A DNA stretch of 64,000 nt from an uncultured Acidobacteriota bacterium (GCA_963713825.1 CAVQNG010000005.1:224001-288000), one strand, 5' to 3'; shown: positions 1 to 10,017, counted from the first letter of the stretch. Numbers and translations: made by a program. The notes: generated from the sequence alone by a model not told the origin.

Positions 1-724
1 GGAGCGGCAGGGTGACCAGCAGATGAAACGTCAGGCCGAACGCAATCGTTGCCATGTAGAGACCGAGAGCCCGAAACGACTCCAGGCCCGAGGTACCGAC
101 CACCCTGGTGATGAGGCCGAAGACCCCGATCGGGGCAAACCGTATGACGCCGGAAGTGAGCCTCATCATGGCTTGAAAGGCGGCATCGAACAGCTGGATG
201 AGGAAGTCGCGAGGCTTGTCGGGCAGGCCGGCGATGCTCATTCCCATCAGAATGCTGAAAAAGATCATCGCTAGCATGTTGGGCTTTGCAGCCGCCGCAA
301 CAACGTTTTCGGGCACGATGTCCAAGAGCAGCTCGACCGGAGAGCTGGGGGTGGAGAGCTCTGGGATCGTGGCGGTCTCGGTGCCGGCGATATTGGCACC
401 GACACCCGGCTGGATCAGATTCACCATGACGAGGCCGGCCAGGATCGCCAGTGTGCTCGACAAGATGTAGTACCCCATCGTCTTGCCGAACAGTCTTCCC
501 AGACTGCGACCGCCTCCAACGGCCGATACTCCAGAGACAATGGAGGTGACGATCAGCGGCACGATGACCATCTTGAGCAGGCGAATGAAGAGGGTGCCGA
601 GCCAACCGACCTTCGGTGCGACCTGCTCACCCCAGATCAGGCCGACCAGGGTTCCGAGGGCCATGGCGATCAGGATCTGCCAGTGCAGTCTCTTGTACCA
701 GGGAGCGACGGTGCTGTTTTCCAT
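1..724 (-). CDS. Dicarboxylate/amino acid:cation symporter (DAACS/GltP family), 3' end truncated by the window edge
   Basis: Translated by hand from ATG at 724: MENSTVAPWYKRLHWQILIAMALG...FIRLLKMVIVPLIVTSIVSGV...APIGVFGLI. These are DAACS hallmarks. Absent from the ORF track because there is no stop in the window. Confidence 0.9.
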   Translation of the reverse strand, partial: MENSTVAPWYKRLHWQILIAMALGTLVGLIWGEQVAPKVGWLGTLFIRLLKMVIVPLIVTSIVSGVSAVGGGRSLGRLFGKTMGYYILSSTLAILAGLVMVNLIQPGVGANIAGTETATIPELSTPSSPVELLLDIVPENVVAAAAKPNMLAMIFFSILMGMSIAGLPDKPRDFLIQLFDAAFQAMMRLTSGVIRFAPIGVFGLITRVVGTSGLESFRALGLYMATIAFGLTFHLLVTLPL

Positions 725-828
725 TGAATCGTGACGTTACGGTAAGAGCTTGTGTCAGCGCAACTGCACGACAAGCTCGTCAGCGATTTCGTTGGAACGG
801 CTCGGAACCCCGGCCCCAGTCAAGAGGG

Positions 829-1347
829 CTAGGAGGGGACTCCATGCTTCCATGTGACCTTTTCAATCGGTTGCTCGTCGCCCAGGGCTGCCAGGAGCTC
901 GGCCACGGTCTCGCCGCCCGGCGGTACCGGTACCGCAGCGGCGATCTCGGCCAGCGGGGCCAAGAAGAAGCGTCGCTCTCGGAGGCGTGGATGGGGCAGC
1001 TGAAGCTCCGGCTCATCGATCCGGAGGTCGCCGCAGAGTAGTAGGTCGATGTCGAGATGGCGCGGACCGAAACGTGCTGTCTTGACCCTGCCACCTTGGA
1101 TTTCGAGGGCCTTGGCCAGCCCGAGAAGCTGCCAGGGGTCCAACCTTGTCTCGGCCAGGAGTGCCGTGTTCAAGAATGCGGGCTGGGGGATGGAGGAAAT
1201 CGGGCTGGAGCGGAAGAGCGGCGCGACTCGCAGGATCCGGAGGGATCTTTTCAGCTCGTCGATGGCGCTTCGAAATGCGGCTTCGGGACGCCCGAGATTA
1301 CCGCCGAGCGCCAGTGCTACCTCGAGCGGTTGGTTCACAGGCGGCAC
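829..1347 (-). CDS. folK: 2-amino-4-hydroxy-6-hydroxymethyldihydropteridine diphosphokinase (HPPK)
   Basis: ALGGNLG, FLN, GPRHLDIDLL and LPHPRLRERRF HPPK motifs. Confidence 0.93.
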   Translation of the reverse strand: MPPVNQPLEVALALGGNLGRPEAAFRSAIDELKRSLRILRVAPLFRSSPISSIPQPAFLNTALLAETRLDPWQLLGLAKALEIQGGRVKTARFGPRHLDIDLLLCGDLRIDEPELQLPHPRLRERRFFLAPLAEIAAAVPVPPGGETVAELLAALGDEQPIEKVTWKHGVPS

Positions 1348-1387
1348 GGGGTGCCACGTAGCGAACCTGTCCGTTGCCCGAGCCTGG

Positions 1388-1657
1388 TCATGATTCCGTC
1401 GTGGAGGTGTCTTCTGCTTCGCCTTCCGGTGCGTCGTCTTTTGCGGCCTTTTTCGCCTTCTTGGCCTTCTTGGCCTTCTTGGCCTTCTTCGCCTTGCTGG
1501 CTGACGGCTTGCCGGCGGCCTTACCTTCCTCTGCAGATCCTTTGGCCAGTTCCTCCTGGTCGCCGCCGCAACTCGGGCAGACTAGCTGGGTGCGGCCCAG
1601 GTCGTAGAATTTGGTCCCGCAATTCAGGCATTCGTGCTTATTTCCCAGGTCAGCCAT
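1388..1657 (-). CDS. FYDLN zinc-ribbon protein (TIGR02300-like) with a Lys/Ala-rich tail
   Basis: LGNKHECLNCGTKFYDLG...CPSCG signature. Confidence 0.85.
   Translation of the reverse strand: MADLGNKHECLNCGTKFYDLGRTQLVCPSCGGDQEELAKGSAEEGKAAGKPSASKAKKAKKAKKAKKAKKAAKDDAPEGEAEDTSTTES
1446..1495. repeat. 9-bp tandem repeat (GCCTTCTTG consensus, about 5.5 copies) encoding (KKA)n on the minus strand
   Basis: gcctttttc-gccttcttg-gccttcttg-gccttcttg-gccttcttc-gcctt read directly. Confidence 0.9.
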
Positions 1658-1848
1658 GTCGGATCACTCCTCGTAGAAAGCGAGCGGCAAAGTAGCATCG
1701 GTCCGCGGGGCTGTCAAGCAGGGGGCACCGTTTTGCTGGTTGCATTGGACGGATTGGGGAGGTAGCATCCGTCTCGCCCCTTGGCTCCTGGATCTAGGAT
1801 CCGGTGTGGGTGCCGGACTGTAGTTCCTTTATCTTAGAGATCATCTGA

Positions 1849-2574
1849 ATGTCCCTTATCAGGATCTGTGTAGCCTGCCTACTGCTGGCGATCTCGGCCC
1901 CCGTCTGGTCTGAGGAGGCGCTTCCCAATCCGCGGGTTGAAGGCCAGAGCCCGTCAGAGAAGCTCGGTGCTCTCGTCGAGAGGGTGAGGCTCGAGCAAGG
2001 CAGGATCAGCACTCTCGAGGCCGACTTCAGGCAGCTCAAAGAGAGCTCCATGCTGGTGGAGTCGGTGGAGGCGGTGGGGACGTTCGTCTACTCCGCGCCG
2101 GATCAGGTGCGTTGGGACTACGCCACTCCAAACCCGATCTCGATGCTGATCGATGGCGATGAGATGACGACCTGGTTTCGAGATCTCGGGCAGGCGGAAA
2201 GGGTCAAGGTCGGCCGCCGGTCGCAGCGGGTTCTCGAGTACCTCGGTGCGACGAGCCCTCTGGACGATATGTTGCAGTACTTCTCGGTCAGCCTGACTCT
2301 GCCCGATGACCTCACTCAGCCCTATCTCTTGCAGCTTTCGCCTCTATTCGACAAGGTGGCCAAGCGCCTCCGAGGAGTCACGATCTGGATCGGCGCCGAC
2401 CATTTCCTGCCGATTCGGCTGCGCTATGTCGACGCCGATGGCGACGTCACCGACCTGAGTTTCGAGAACCTCAGAATCAACGGCTCGGTGCCCGTCGAGC
2501 GATTCGACTTGAGTCTGCCGGAAAGTGTCAACGTTCGGATCGTCGAGTTGGATCAGCGCACTCGCCTGCAGTAG
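1849..2574 (+). CDS. lolA: Outer-membrane lipoprotein carrier protein, LolA family
   Basis: Signal peptide, TLEADFRQ, G.F.YSAPDQVRWDYATP and a C-terminal RIN..VP.ERF pattern. Confidence 0.8.
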   Translation: MSLIRICVACLLLAISAPVWSEEALPNPRVEGQSPSEKLGALVERVRLEQGRISTLEADFRQLKESSMLVESVEAVGTFVYSAPDQVRWDYATPNPISMLIDGDEMTTWFRDLGQAERVKVGRRSQRVLEYLGATSPLDDMLQYFSVSLTLPDDLTQPYLLQLSPLFDKVAKRLRGVTIWIGADHFLPIRLRYVDADGDVTDLSFENLRINGSVPVERFDLSLPESVNVRIVELDQRTRLQ

Positions 2575-2607
2575 GAATCTCAGCTTCTTGCGCGGCTCTT
2601 CGTGCCG

Positions 2608-3759
2608 ATGAACTTCGAAGTCCTCGCCCGCGATGGTAGTGCTCGTCGAGCGCAGCTCTCGCTGACGCACGGAATCGTGGAGACTCCTGCCTTCATGCCG
2701 GTGGGAACGCTCGGGGCGGTCAAGGGCCTTTCACCCCTCGATCTGGAGGCCGCTGGCGCCGCGGTGATGCTCTCCAACCTGTACCACCTGAGCTTGCGCC
2801 CCGGCATCGACATCATCGAGTCGCTGGGCGGTTTGCACGAGTTCACCGGTTGGCGGCGGCCGATCCTCACCGACAGCGGTGGATACCAGGTGTTCAGCTT
2901 GGCGAACCTGCGCCACGTCGGAGTCGATGGGGTGACGTTTCGCAGCCACCTCGACGGTGCCGAGCTCCGCTTGACACCCGAGTCGGTGGTCGAGTCGCAG
3001 CGCCGCCTGGGAGTGGATATCGCCATGGTTCTGGACGAGTGCCCGCCCTGGCCTGTGGCGCGTGAAGAGGCAACTGCCTCCCTGGAGCGGACGTATCAGT
3101 GGGCTGTTCGGGCGCGCCAGGCCTGGCAGGGAAACGGCATGTCACTGTTCGGAATCGTCCAGGGCAGCACCTTCACCGAGCTTCGCCAGCGAGCGGCGGA
3201 GCAGCTGGCCGAGCTCGATTTCGGGGGCTATGCCATCGGTGGAGTGAGCGTGGGAGAGCCCACCCGCGCGCGGCGATCGGTAGTCGAGTGGACGACCCCT
3301 TTGCTACCTGCTGCCAAGCCGAGGTATCTGATGGGTGTCGGAACCCCGAGAGACATCGTCCATGCCGTTCAACATGGCATCGATCTCTTCGACTGCGTGC
3401 TGCCGTCGCGCAATGCAAGGCATGGAATGCTGTTTACCAGCCAAGGCCTGGTGCGCATCAAGAACGCGCGGTACCGCGACGACTCCCGACCCGTGGATGC
3501 CGACTGTTCGTGCCCTGTTTGCCAACGCGTCAGCCGCGCCCTGCTGCATCATCTGATTCGTAGCGGTGAGCTCACCGGAGCAGTGCTGGCCACCCAGCAC
3601 AATGTCCGCTTCTATCTTGACTTTGTGGCTCATCTCAGAGAAGCTATCGCGTCCGGAACGCTGACCGGTTTTGCGGCGTCGGTCGCTGCTCGCTATCCGG
3701 AAAATGGTTCGTTCTCGGAATCGCCGGCAACTCCCGATTCAACCGCTTCCATACCCTGA
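2608..3759 (+). CDS. tgt: Queuine tRNA-ribosyltransferase (tRNA-guanine transglycosylase)
   Basis: TPAFMPVGT, TDSGGYQVFSL, GIVQG, RYLMGVG and the CxCxxC...H zinc site. Lies upstream of yajC-secD-secF. Alternative start 2602. Confidence 0.97.
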   Translation: MNFEVLARDGSARRAQLSLTHGIVETPAFMPVGTLGAVKGLSPLDLEAAGAAVMLSNLYHLSLRPGIDIIESLGGLHEFTGWRRPILTDSGGYQVFSLANLRHVGVDGVTFRSHLDGAELRLTPESVVESQRRLGVDIAMVLDECPPWPVAREEATASLERTYQWAVRARQAWQGNGMSLFGIVQGSTFTELRQRAAEQLAELDFGGYAIGGVSVGEPTRARRSVVEWTTPLLPAAKPRYLMGVGTPRDIVHAVQHGIDLFDCVLPSRNARHGMLFTSQGLVRIKNARYRDDSRPVDADCSCPVCQRVSRALLHHLIRSGELTGAVLATQHNVRFYLDFVAHLREAIASGTLTGFAASVAARYPENGSFSESPATPDSTASIP

Positions 3760-3842
3760 TCTCGAGAAGGATTTCGGAGAGTTCTACCTTGACGCCGCCG
3801 AGGAATCGGGCGTAATCGCCGCAGGCTAGAGGAAAAGCACCT

Positions 3843-4169
3843 ATGAGTCAGCACATCGCAATTCTCGCCGCCGCAGAAGGGGCATCGGCACCTGCATTCA
3901 TGCAGTTCGTGCCGATCCTGCTGGTCTTCGCTATCTTCTACTTCTTGTTGATCGCGCCGATGCGCAAGCGGCAGAAGGCGCTTCAGGGACTGATCGAAGG
4001 CCTGAAGAAAGGCGATCGGGTGGTCACGAACGGCGGACTGTACGGTACGGTCGCGGCCGTCGAGGAACAAGTGGTCATCCTCAAGCTGGCCGAGAACCTG
4101 AAAGTCAGAGTCGCGAAGTCGGCGATCGCGGGCCTCGAGGGACAAGAGGAGCAAGGAGAGCGTAAATGA
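3843..4169 (+). CDS. yajC: Preprotein translocase subunit YajC
   Basis: FYFLLIAPMRKRQK, LKKGDRVVTNGGLYG; synteny. Confidence 0.96.
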   Translation: MSQHIAILAAAEGASAPAFMQFVPILLVFAIFYFLLIAPMRKRQKALQGLIEGLKKGDRVVTNGGLYGTVAAVEEQVVILKLAENLKVRVAKSAIAGLEGQEEQGERK

Positions 4170-5740
4170 GCAGCAAACTTCTCTGGCGGGGACTTCTGAT
4201 CGCGGCTGTCGTCGGGCTGGCGATATTTTCGGCTTATCCCCTTCAGGAAAAACTCAAGCTCGGGCTGGATCTGCGAGGCGGCATTCACCTGGTTCTGCAG
4301 GTGGAAGTCGATGATGCCGTCAGGTCGGAGACAACCAAAGACATCGATCGCCTGCTTCAAGAAGTTGCCGATGCTGGACTCGAAGGCGTCACAGCGAACC
4401 AAACGTCGAGCTCCAGCTTTGAGATGCAGGGTGTACCCCAGGGGCGAGATCGAGAGGTCGGTGGCATCGTCAGCGAGTATATGCCTGGCTGGAATTGGCA
4501 GCGGCGGGGAGATCTGTTGGCTTTCAAGATGGAAATCGCCAATCTCAACGAGATCGAGAACCTGGCTGTCAAGCAGGCGCTGGAGACAATCCGCAACCGT
4601 GTAGACGAATTTGGTGTTGCCGATCCACTCATTCAGCGCCAGGGCATGGAGGGTGATCGTATCGTGGTGCAGCTGCCCGGGGTCGACGACCCCGAGCGCG
4701 TCAAGAAGCTGATCAAGAACACTGCCTTTCTGGAGTTTCGGCTCGTTACCCATCCTCCCGGTGGTGGGGGCGTTGCGAGCCGTGAGGAGATCACGGCCCA
4801 CTACGGCGGTCAGATCCCCTCGAGCATCGAGATTCTCACCGGATCCATTCGTGATGACCAGGGCCGGGCAATTGGGCAGCAGTTCTATGCGGTGGAGAAG
4901 CGGACAGTCATCACCGGTCGTGACCTGAAGACTGCGCGGCCCGGTGTCGGTGAGTTCAATCAGCCGGTCGTCAACTTCTATCTCACCCATGAGGGTGGGA
5001 AGCTGTTCGCCGAGGCCACCGGTGCCAATGTCGGCAAGGGGCTGGCAATCGTGCTGGACGGCAATGTGGTCTCCGCTCCGAACATCCGGTCGCGAATCGG
5101 CGACTCTGGTCTCATCGAGGGTTCCTTCACCAGGCAGGAAGTCGAAGATCTGTCGACCGTCTTGAGATCGGGTGCCCTGCCTGCCGGCATCACCTATCTG
5201 GAGGAGCGAACAGTGGGTCCGACCCTGGGTCAGGACTCCATTCGGCAAGGCCTCAGGGCGGGTGTCATCGGACTGTCCCTGGTAGTTCTTGCCATGCTCC
5301 TGGTCTACAAGGGCACGGGGTTGAATGCCATTATCGCCCTGATTCTCAACATCATTCTCATTTTCGGAGCGCTGGCCTATTTCGGCGCCACCCTGACCTT
5401 GCCCGGCATCGCAGGCATCGTGCTGACGATTGGCATGGCCGTCGATGCCAACGTGCTGATCTTCGAGCGAATCCGTGAAGAGCTGCACCATGGCAGGACG
5501 GTGAAGTCGGCCATCGACGCCGGCTTTGGCAAGGCCCTGTCGTCGGTGATGGATGCCAATATCACGACCTTGATTGCGGCGCTGTTTCTGTTCCAGTTCG
5601 GAACCGGACCGATCCGGGGATTCGCGGTGACCCTGTCGATCGGCATCCTGGCGTCGCTGTTCACCGCTATCTTCGTGAGTCGATGGATCTTCGACGTGGT
5701 TCTTTCGAGGCGACGTCGAGTCGATCGGTTGTCGATCTAG
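4166..5740 (+). CDS. secD: Protein translocase subunit SecD
   Basis: LGLDLRGG, IRNRVDEFGV, LRSGALP, GMAVDANVLIFERIREE, DANITT. Confidence 0.98.
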   Translation: MSSKLLWRGLLIAAVVGLAIFSAYPLQEKLKLGLDLRGGIHLVLQVEVDDAVRSETTKDIDRLLQEVADAGLEGVTANQTSSSSFEMQGVPQGRDREVGGIVSEYMPGWNWQRRGDLLAFKMEIANLNEIENLAVKQALETIRNRVDEFGVADPLIQRQGMEGDRIVVQLPGVDDPERVKKLIKNTAFLEFRLVTHPPGGGGVASREEITAHYGGQIPSSIEILTGSIRDDQGRAIGQQFYAVEKRTVITGRDLKTARPGVGEFNQPVVNFYLTHEGGKLFAEATGANVGKGLAIVLDGNVVSAPNIRSRIGDSGLIEGSFTRQEVEDLSTVLRSGALPAGITYLEERTVGPTLGQDSIRQGLRAGVIGLSLVVLAMLLVYKGTGLNAIIALILNIILIFGALAYFGATLTLPGIAGIVLTIGMAVDANVLIFERIREELHHGRTVKSAIDAGFGKALSSVMDANITTLIAALFLFQFGTGPIRGFAVTLSIGILASLFTAIFVSRWIFDVVLSRRRRVDRLSI

Positions 5741-5795
5741 TCATACGGGCTTGATCTCGATCGGTTGACGAACTACGGTCGCGGGAGTTGAGAGT

Positions 5796-6971
5796 ATGGA
5801 GTTCTTCCAAAACACGAACATCGACTTCATGAAGTATCGCAAGCACTTCGTGCTGATTTCGATCGCACTGCTGGCGATCTCTGTCCTCGAGGTCTTCATC
5901 CAAAAGAGTCTGAACGTGGGCATCGACTTCGCGGGCGGTACCCAGTTGACGATCAAGTTCAGCGACAAGCCCGAGGTCGATGAGTTGCGGGATGTCGTTT
6001 CCGCCGCCGGGGTGAGAGATGCGCAGATCCAGAGATTCGGAGCCGAAGAAGCCGACGAGGTGATCATCAAGACCGCCACTGTCGCTGGTAATGAGGAAGG
6101 CACCCAGGCTGAAGTCGTCCAGGCTCTGGATGAACGTTTCAACGGCGAGTCAGCCGGCGGATTCGACCTCAACCGGCGCGGCAGGGACGCTCTGGCCAGC
6201 CTGCTTCTGGAAAGCGACCCGGATCGGGTCGTGGCGCAAGACCCGGAAGTGGCCCGGCAGCGCTATGAGGAGCTGGCCGAGGCGATTCTCGAGCAGCGTC
6301 GCGTTAACGGTTTGCTGGAGTCCTGGGACGAGGTGGCAGGAGTCAGCAACGAGGTTCGGACCGCGCTCGAAAGGCAGACCTATCTGGGCGAATTTGCCGT
6401 TCTTGGGTCCGAGAACGTTGGCCCCCAGATCGGAGCGGAATTGCGGCGCAAGGGCATTCTGGCCGTGGTCTCTTCCCTGCTCGGGATGCTGATCTACATC
6501 TGGTTCCGATTCGAGCTACGTTTCGGGGTCGGAGCGCTGGTAGCGGTGACCCATGACGTGCTGATCGTTCTCGGTCTGTTCTCCATGGCCGGCTTCGAGT
6601 TCAATCTGACGACGATCGCCGGCTTCTTGACGCTGATCGGATATTCGGTCAACGACACTGTCGTCGTCTTCGACCGGGTGCGGGAGAATCTCCGCCGCAG
6701 CCGACGGGAGCCCCTGGTGGAGACCATGAACAAGAGTCTGAATCAGACCCTCTCCCGAACTGTGCTGACCTCAGGCACGACTCTTCTCGCGGTTGGCAGC
6801 CTCCTGCTGTTCGGTGGAGATGTCTTGAGAGGCTTCGCGTTCATCATTACGGTTGGCGTGATCGTCGGGACCTATTCCTCTATATATGTAGCCAGCCCAT
6901 TCGCTCTACTCTGGGAAAAATGGTTCGGCAGCGAACGCGGGCGGCAATCTCCAAGACAGAGTCCGGCCTGA
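5796..6971 (+). CDS. secF: Protein translocase subunit SecF with a periplasmic insertion
   Basis: GIDFAGGT, VGPQIG, HDV, IGYSVNDTVVVFDRVREN, SRT, GTYSS. Confidence 0.97.
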   Translation: MEFFQNTNIDFMKYRKHFVLISIALLAISVLEVFIQKSLNVGIDFAGGTQLTIKFSDKPEVDELRDVVSAAGVRDAQIQRFGAEEADEVIIKTATVAGNEEGTQAEVVQALDERFNGESAGGFDLNRRGRDALASLLLESDPDRVVAQDPEVARQRYEELAEAILEQRRVNGLLESWDEVAGVSNEVRTALERQTYLGEFAVLGSENVGPQIGAELRRKGILAVVSSLLGMLIYIWFRFELRFGVGALVAVTHDVLIVLGLFSMAGFEFNLTTIAGFLTLIGYSVNDTVVVFDRVRENLRRSRREPLVETMNKSLNQTLSRTVLTSGTTLLAVGSLLLFGGDVLRGFAFIITVGVIVGTYSSIYVASPFALLWEKWFGSERGRQSPRQSPA

Positions 6972-7095
6972 GTCCAAGCGCACCGCGCCCACGGTGCGGA
7001 GAAACCAGATCGATCGACACCTCTTCTATCGGGTTCGTTCAGCGGGCTGGGCAGCAGCTGCAGTGTGCCGCAGGATAGCGGTGCCGACCGTCCTC

Positions 7096-7101
7096 TATAA
7101 T
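7096..7101 (+). promoter_or_regulatory. Candidate sigma70 -10 box upstream of rel
   Basis: Perfect TATAAT in a GC-rich intergenic gap; no clear -35. Confidence 0.4.
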
Positions 7102-7171
7102 TCGCCAGGAAAGCGCGGCTGCCCAGATTTTTGTGTCGACGTCGGCATTCTCGCAGTCGCCGAGACGGCGC

Positions 7172-9418
7172 ATGGCGAACCTCAGACGATCCTTCGGCTC
7201 CAACCACCTCCGACCACCGGTCGAGGTGCGCGAGGACGTGCAGTTCGAGGACGTTCTGGCAGGGCTGAGGCGTCACGACAGGCCATTCGACGAAGCGTTT
7301 CTCCAGTCTCTCTACGAGTTCTCCCGTGACACCCACGGGGACCAGGTGCGGCGCTCCGGCAAGCCGTACTTCACCCATCCCCTCCATGTGGCATACATCC
7401 TGGCCGACCTGGGCTTCGACGAGACCTGCGTTGCTGTCGGCCTGCTGCACGACGTGTTGGAGGACACCCTGGCCGAGAGGCAGGAGCTGGCCGATCGTTT
7501 CGGTGAGGAGATCGCTCAACTGGTCGATGGGGTCACCAAGATCGGTCGCCATTCGTACGTGCGGCGCGACCAGGCACAGGCCGAGACCTTTCGCAAGTTG
7601 ATCCTGGCCTCGGCCAAGGACATTCGCGTCATCCTCGTCAAGCTGGCGGACCGTCTGCACAACATGCAGACTCTCGAGCACATGCCAGTCGAGTCGCGGC
7701 GGCGCATCGCTCGAGAGACGCTGGAGATCTACGCGCCGACCGCCCATCGCCTCGGCATGTCGAAAGTGCAGGGCGACTTACAGGACCTGGCGTTCTTTCA
7801 TCTTCATCCCAATGACTTCAGCGAGCTCCGAACACAGATTCAGCAGAAGGTCAAACTTGGACGGCAGGCCACCGAGAAGATTCGTGCCCAGTTGGTCGAC
7901 TTGTTGAGCGAGGCAGGGCTCGAAGCCGAGATCAGTTTTCGGGTCAAGCGCTTCTATTCCATTTACCAGAAGATGCGTCGGCAGGGGATTGACGCCTCGC
8001 AGCTCTACGATTACCTGGCCTTTCGAATCGTCACTCCGTCGGTCCGTGACTGTTACGCCTGTCTGGGCGTGGTGCATCAGGCCTGGCGACCGGTACCCGG
8101 TCGATTCAAGGACTACATCGCCATGCCGAAGCCGAACCTCTATCAGTCTCTGCACACCACTCTCGTCAGTCCCAATGGCGAGCCGTTCGAGGTCCAGATT
8201 CGCACCCAGGAGATGGACCTGATCGCCGAGGACGGTATCGCTGCACACTGGCGCTACAAAGAGGGCGATCCGGAGCCGGCCGAAACCGATCAGAGCTTCT
8301 CCTGGCTACGCCAGCTCCTGGAGTGGCAGAAGGACGTGCAAGACCCGCGCACATTTCTCAATTCTCTGAAGATCGATCTCTATCCCGACGAGGTGTATGT
8401 CTTTACCCCGAAGGGTGACGTGTACTCGTTTCCCCGCGGCGCCACGCCCTTGGACTTCGCTTACAAGATCCACACCGATCTGGGGCACCACTGTGTGGGG
8501 GCGAAGATCAACGGCAAGCTCGAGCCCCTGCGCAGCGAGCTCAAGAACGGCGACATCGTCGAGATCGTGACCAACCCCTCCCGCTTCCCGAGTCGCGACT
8601 GGCTGAGTTTCGTCGCCACGTCCAGAGCCAAGACCAAGATCCGTCAGTGGCTCAACACGGAGCAGAAAGAGCGCGCGACAGAGATCGGCAAGCGTCTGGT
8701 GGAGAAGGAGCTCAAGAAGCACAAGGTCGGCATGAAGCGCTTCCTCGACAGCGACGGCCTGGGCGAGTACCTGACCGCCGAGGGTATCGCCCGCCCAGGG
8801 GATCTCTTTGCCTCAGTCGGGTACGGCAAGACCTCGGTGCGACACCTACTGAATCGAGTCCTGACGAGCGACGAGCTGGAGACGGTGGAACAAGAGCCAG
8901 GCCCCTTGCGTCGCGCCGTCACCAAGATCCTGCCCTTCGGCAGTGACGCCATCGCGGTCAAAGGCCAGAGCGATCTGCTGGCCTACCTGGCCAAGTGCTG
9001 CAGCCCAGTTCCCGGCGAGCCGATCGTCGGCTACATCACGCGGGGCAGAGGTGTGTCGGTGCACTCGGTAGAGTGCACGAACGTCCAGAACCTGCTGTAC
9101 AACCAGGAGCGAGAGATCGAGGTCGAGTGGGCTCGCCAGAGCGATGAGCTGTACCCGGTGGTGCTGGTCATCGAGACGGAAGACAACCCCGGCATGCTGG
9201 CCCGGCTCACTGAGGTGATGGCGAAGCACAACAGCAACATCCGGCAGATCGAGGCGGAAACCATCGAGTCGGGTCGTGGCCTGATCGAAGTCGTTGTCGA
9301 GGTGCAAAACCGCAAGCACCTAGAGCGACTCCGCCAGAGCATCCGCGCTCTGCCCGGAGTCTTCGAAGTCGGACGACGACGTGGCCCAGGCTTGAAGACA
9401 GACCACAACACAGACTGA
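7172..9418 (+). CDS. rel: Bifunctional (p)ppGpp synthetase/hydrolase (long RSH, Rel/SpoT)
   Basis: Intact HDVLED hydrolase motif, KLADRLHNM, RFKDYIAMPKPNLYQSLHT, EVQIRT, TGS (VFTPKGD), AKCCSPVPG and ACT domain. Start uncertain (7133 or 7172). Confidence 0.96.
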   Translation: MANLRRSFGSNHLRPPVEVREDVQFEDVLAGLRRHDRPFDEAFLQSLYEFSRDTHGDQVRRSGKPYFTHPLHVAYILADLGFDETCVAVGLLHDVLEDTLAERQELADRFGEEIAQLVDGVTKIGRHSYVRRDQAQAETFRKLILASAKDIRVILVKLADRLHNMQTLEHMPVESRRRIARETLEIYAPTAHRLGMSKVQGDLQDLAFFHLHPNDFSELRTQIQQKVKLGRQATEKIRAQLVDLLSEAGLEAEISFRVKRFYSIYQKMRRQGIDASQLYDYLAFRIVTPSVRDCYACLGVVHQAWRPVPGRFKDYIAMPKPNLYQSLHTTLVSPNGEPFEVQIRTQEMDLIAEDGIAAHWRYKEGDPEPAETDQSFSWLRQLLEWQKDVQDPRTFLNSLKIDLYPDEVYVFTPKGDVYSFPRGATPLDFAYKIHTDLGHHCVGAKINGKLEPLRSELKNGDIVEIVTNPSRFPSRDWLSFVATSRAKTKIRQWLNTEQKERATEIGKRLVEKELKKHKVGMKRFLDSDGLGEYLTAEGIARPGDLFASVGYGKTSVRHLLNRVLTSDELETVEQEPGPLRRAVTKILPFGSDAIAVKGQSDLLAYLAKCCSPVPGEPIVGYITRGRGVSVHSVECTNVQNLLYNQEREIEVEWARQSDELYPVVLVIETEDNPGMLARLTEVMAKHNSNIRQIEAETIESGRGLIEVVVEVQNRKHLERLRQSIRALPGVFEVGRRRGPGLKTDHNTD

Positions 9419-9525
9419 GCTGGCATGGCCTGCTCAACCGGGACTGGACGGGCTCACCCACCGTGGGGCGAGTCTGGTTTTCAGGAGTGGAGTCGGATCG
9501 CTTCGAATCGAAAGAGCCTGCCACC

Positions 9526-9756
9526 TCAAGAATCGACTTCGACCTCTTCGGGCTGCCAGTTACGAGTCTCCGGCTTTTGCACCTTGCCGCTTCTCAGGCA
9601 GCGGGTGCAAACCCAGACGCGCTGAGTCGCACCGTCGATCACCGCGCGCACCTTTTGCAGGTTCGGTTCCCAGGTCCGGTTCGAGACGTTGTGGGCATGA
9701 CTGATACTGCGTCCTGCCACGGTTCCTTTGCCACAGATTGCACATTGCTTGGACAT
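9526..9756 (-). CDS. rpmB: 50S ribosomal protein L28 (zinc-binding type)
   Basis: MSKQCAICGK...SHAHNVSNRTWEPNLQ...VCTRCLRSGKV. Confidence 0.97.
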   Translation of the reverse strand: MSKQCAICGKGTVAGRSISHAHNVSNRTWEPNLQKVRAVIDGATQRVWVCTRCLRSGKVQKPETRNWQPEEVEVDS

Positions 9757-9987
9757 GTTGTGGATCTCCTTGACTTCTCAGAAGAAGGCGCCTACGGTAG
9801 CAGAAACGTGGGAGAGATCCAATAGATGCGACTCGAAAATGAACGGTTCGAAATCTGGTGTGTTGGGGTTCGAGATGCATCTATGCAAACTCGTCGAAGC
9901 TGCGGAGGGAGACAAGACGGTCACCGGGAGGTCGGGCTGCTCGATGGAAAGCGTCCGATTCTGACCGAGAGTTTGTGACCGGTGCCC

Positions 9988-10017
9988 TTGACAGGAAAAA
10001 AGGCTTCTTGTTAGTTT
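9988..10017 (+). promoter_or_regulatory. Candidate sigma70 promoter for pilMNOPQ
   Basis: TTGACA (9988-9993), 18-nt spacer, TG-n-TAGTTT extended -10 (10012-10017) in an AT-rich tract. Confidence 0.6.

Noticed and set aside
3983-5491. Long antisense or alternative-frame ORFs (for example 3983-5491, 11080-12435, 39837-41048, 58693-60135)
   Set aside because: Shadow ORFs overlapping well-supported genes, expected in high-GC DNA, with no recognisable motifs
9825-9900. GGTTCGAA and GGTTCGAG motifs resembling tRNA T-loops
   Set aside because: No cloverleaf, acceptor stem or CCA end could be built
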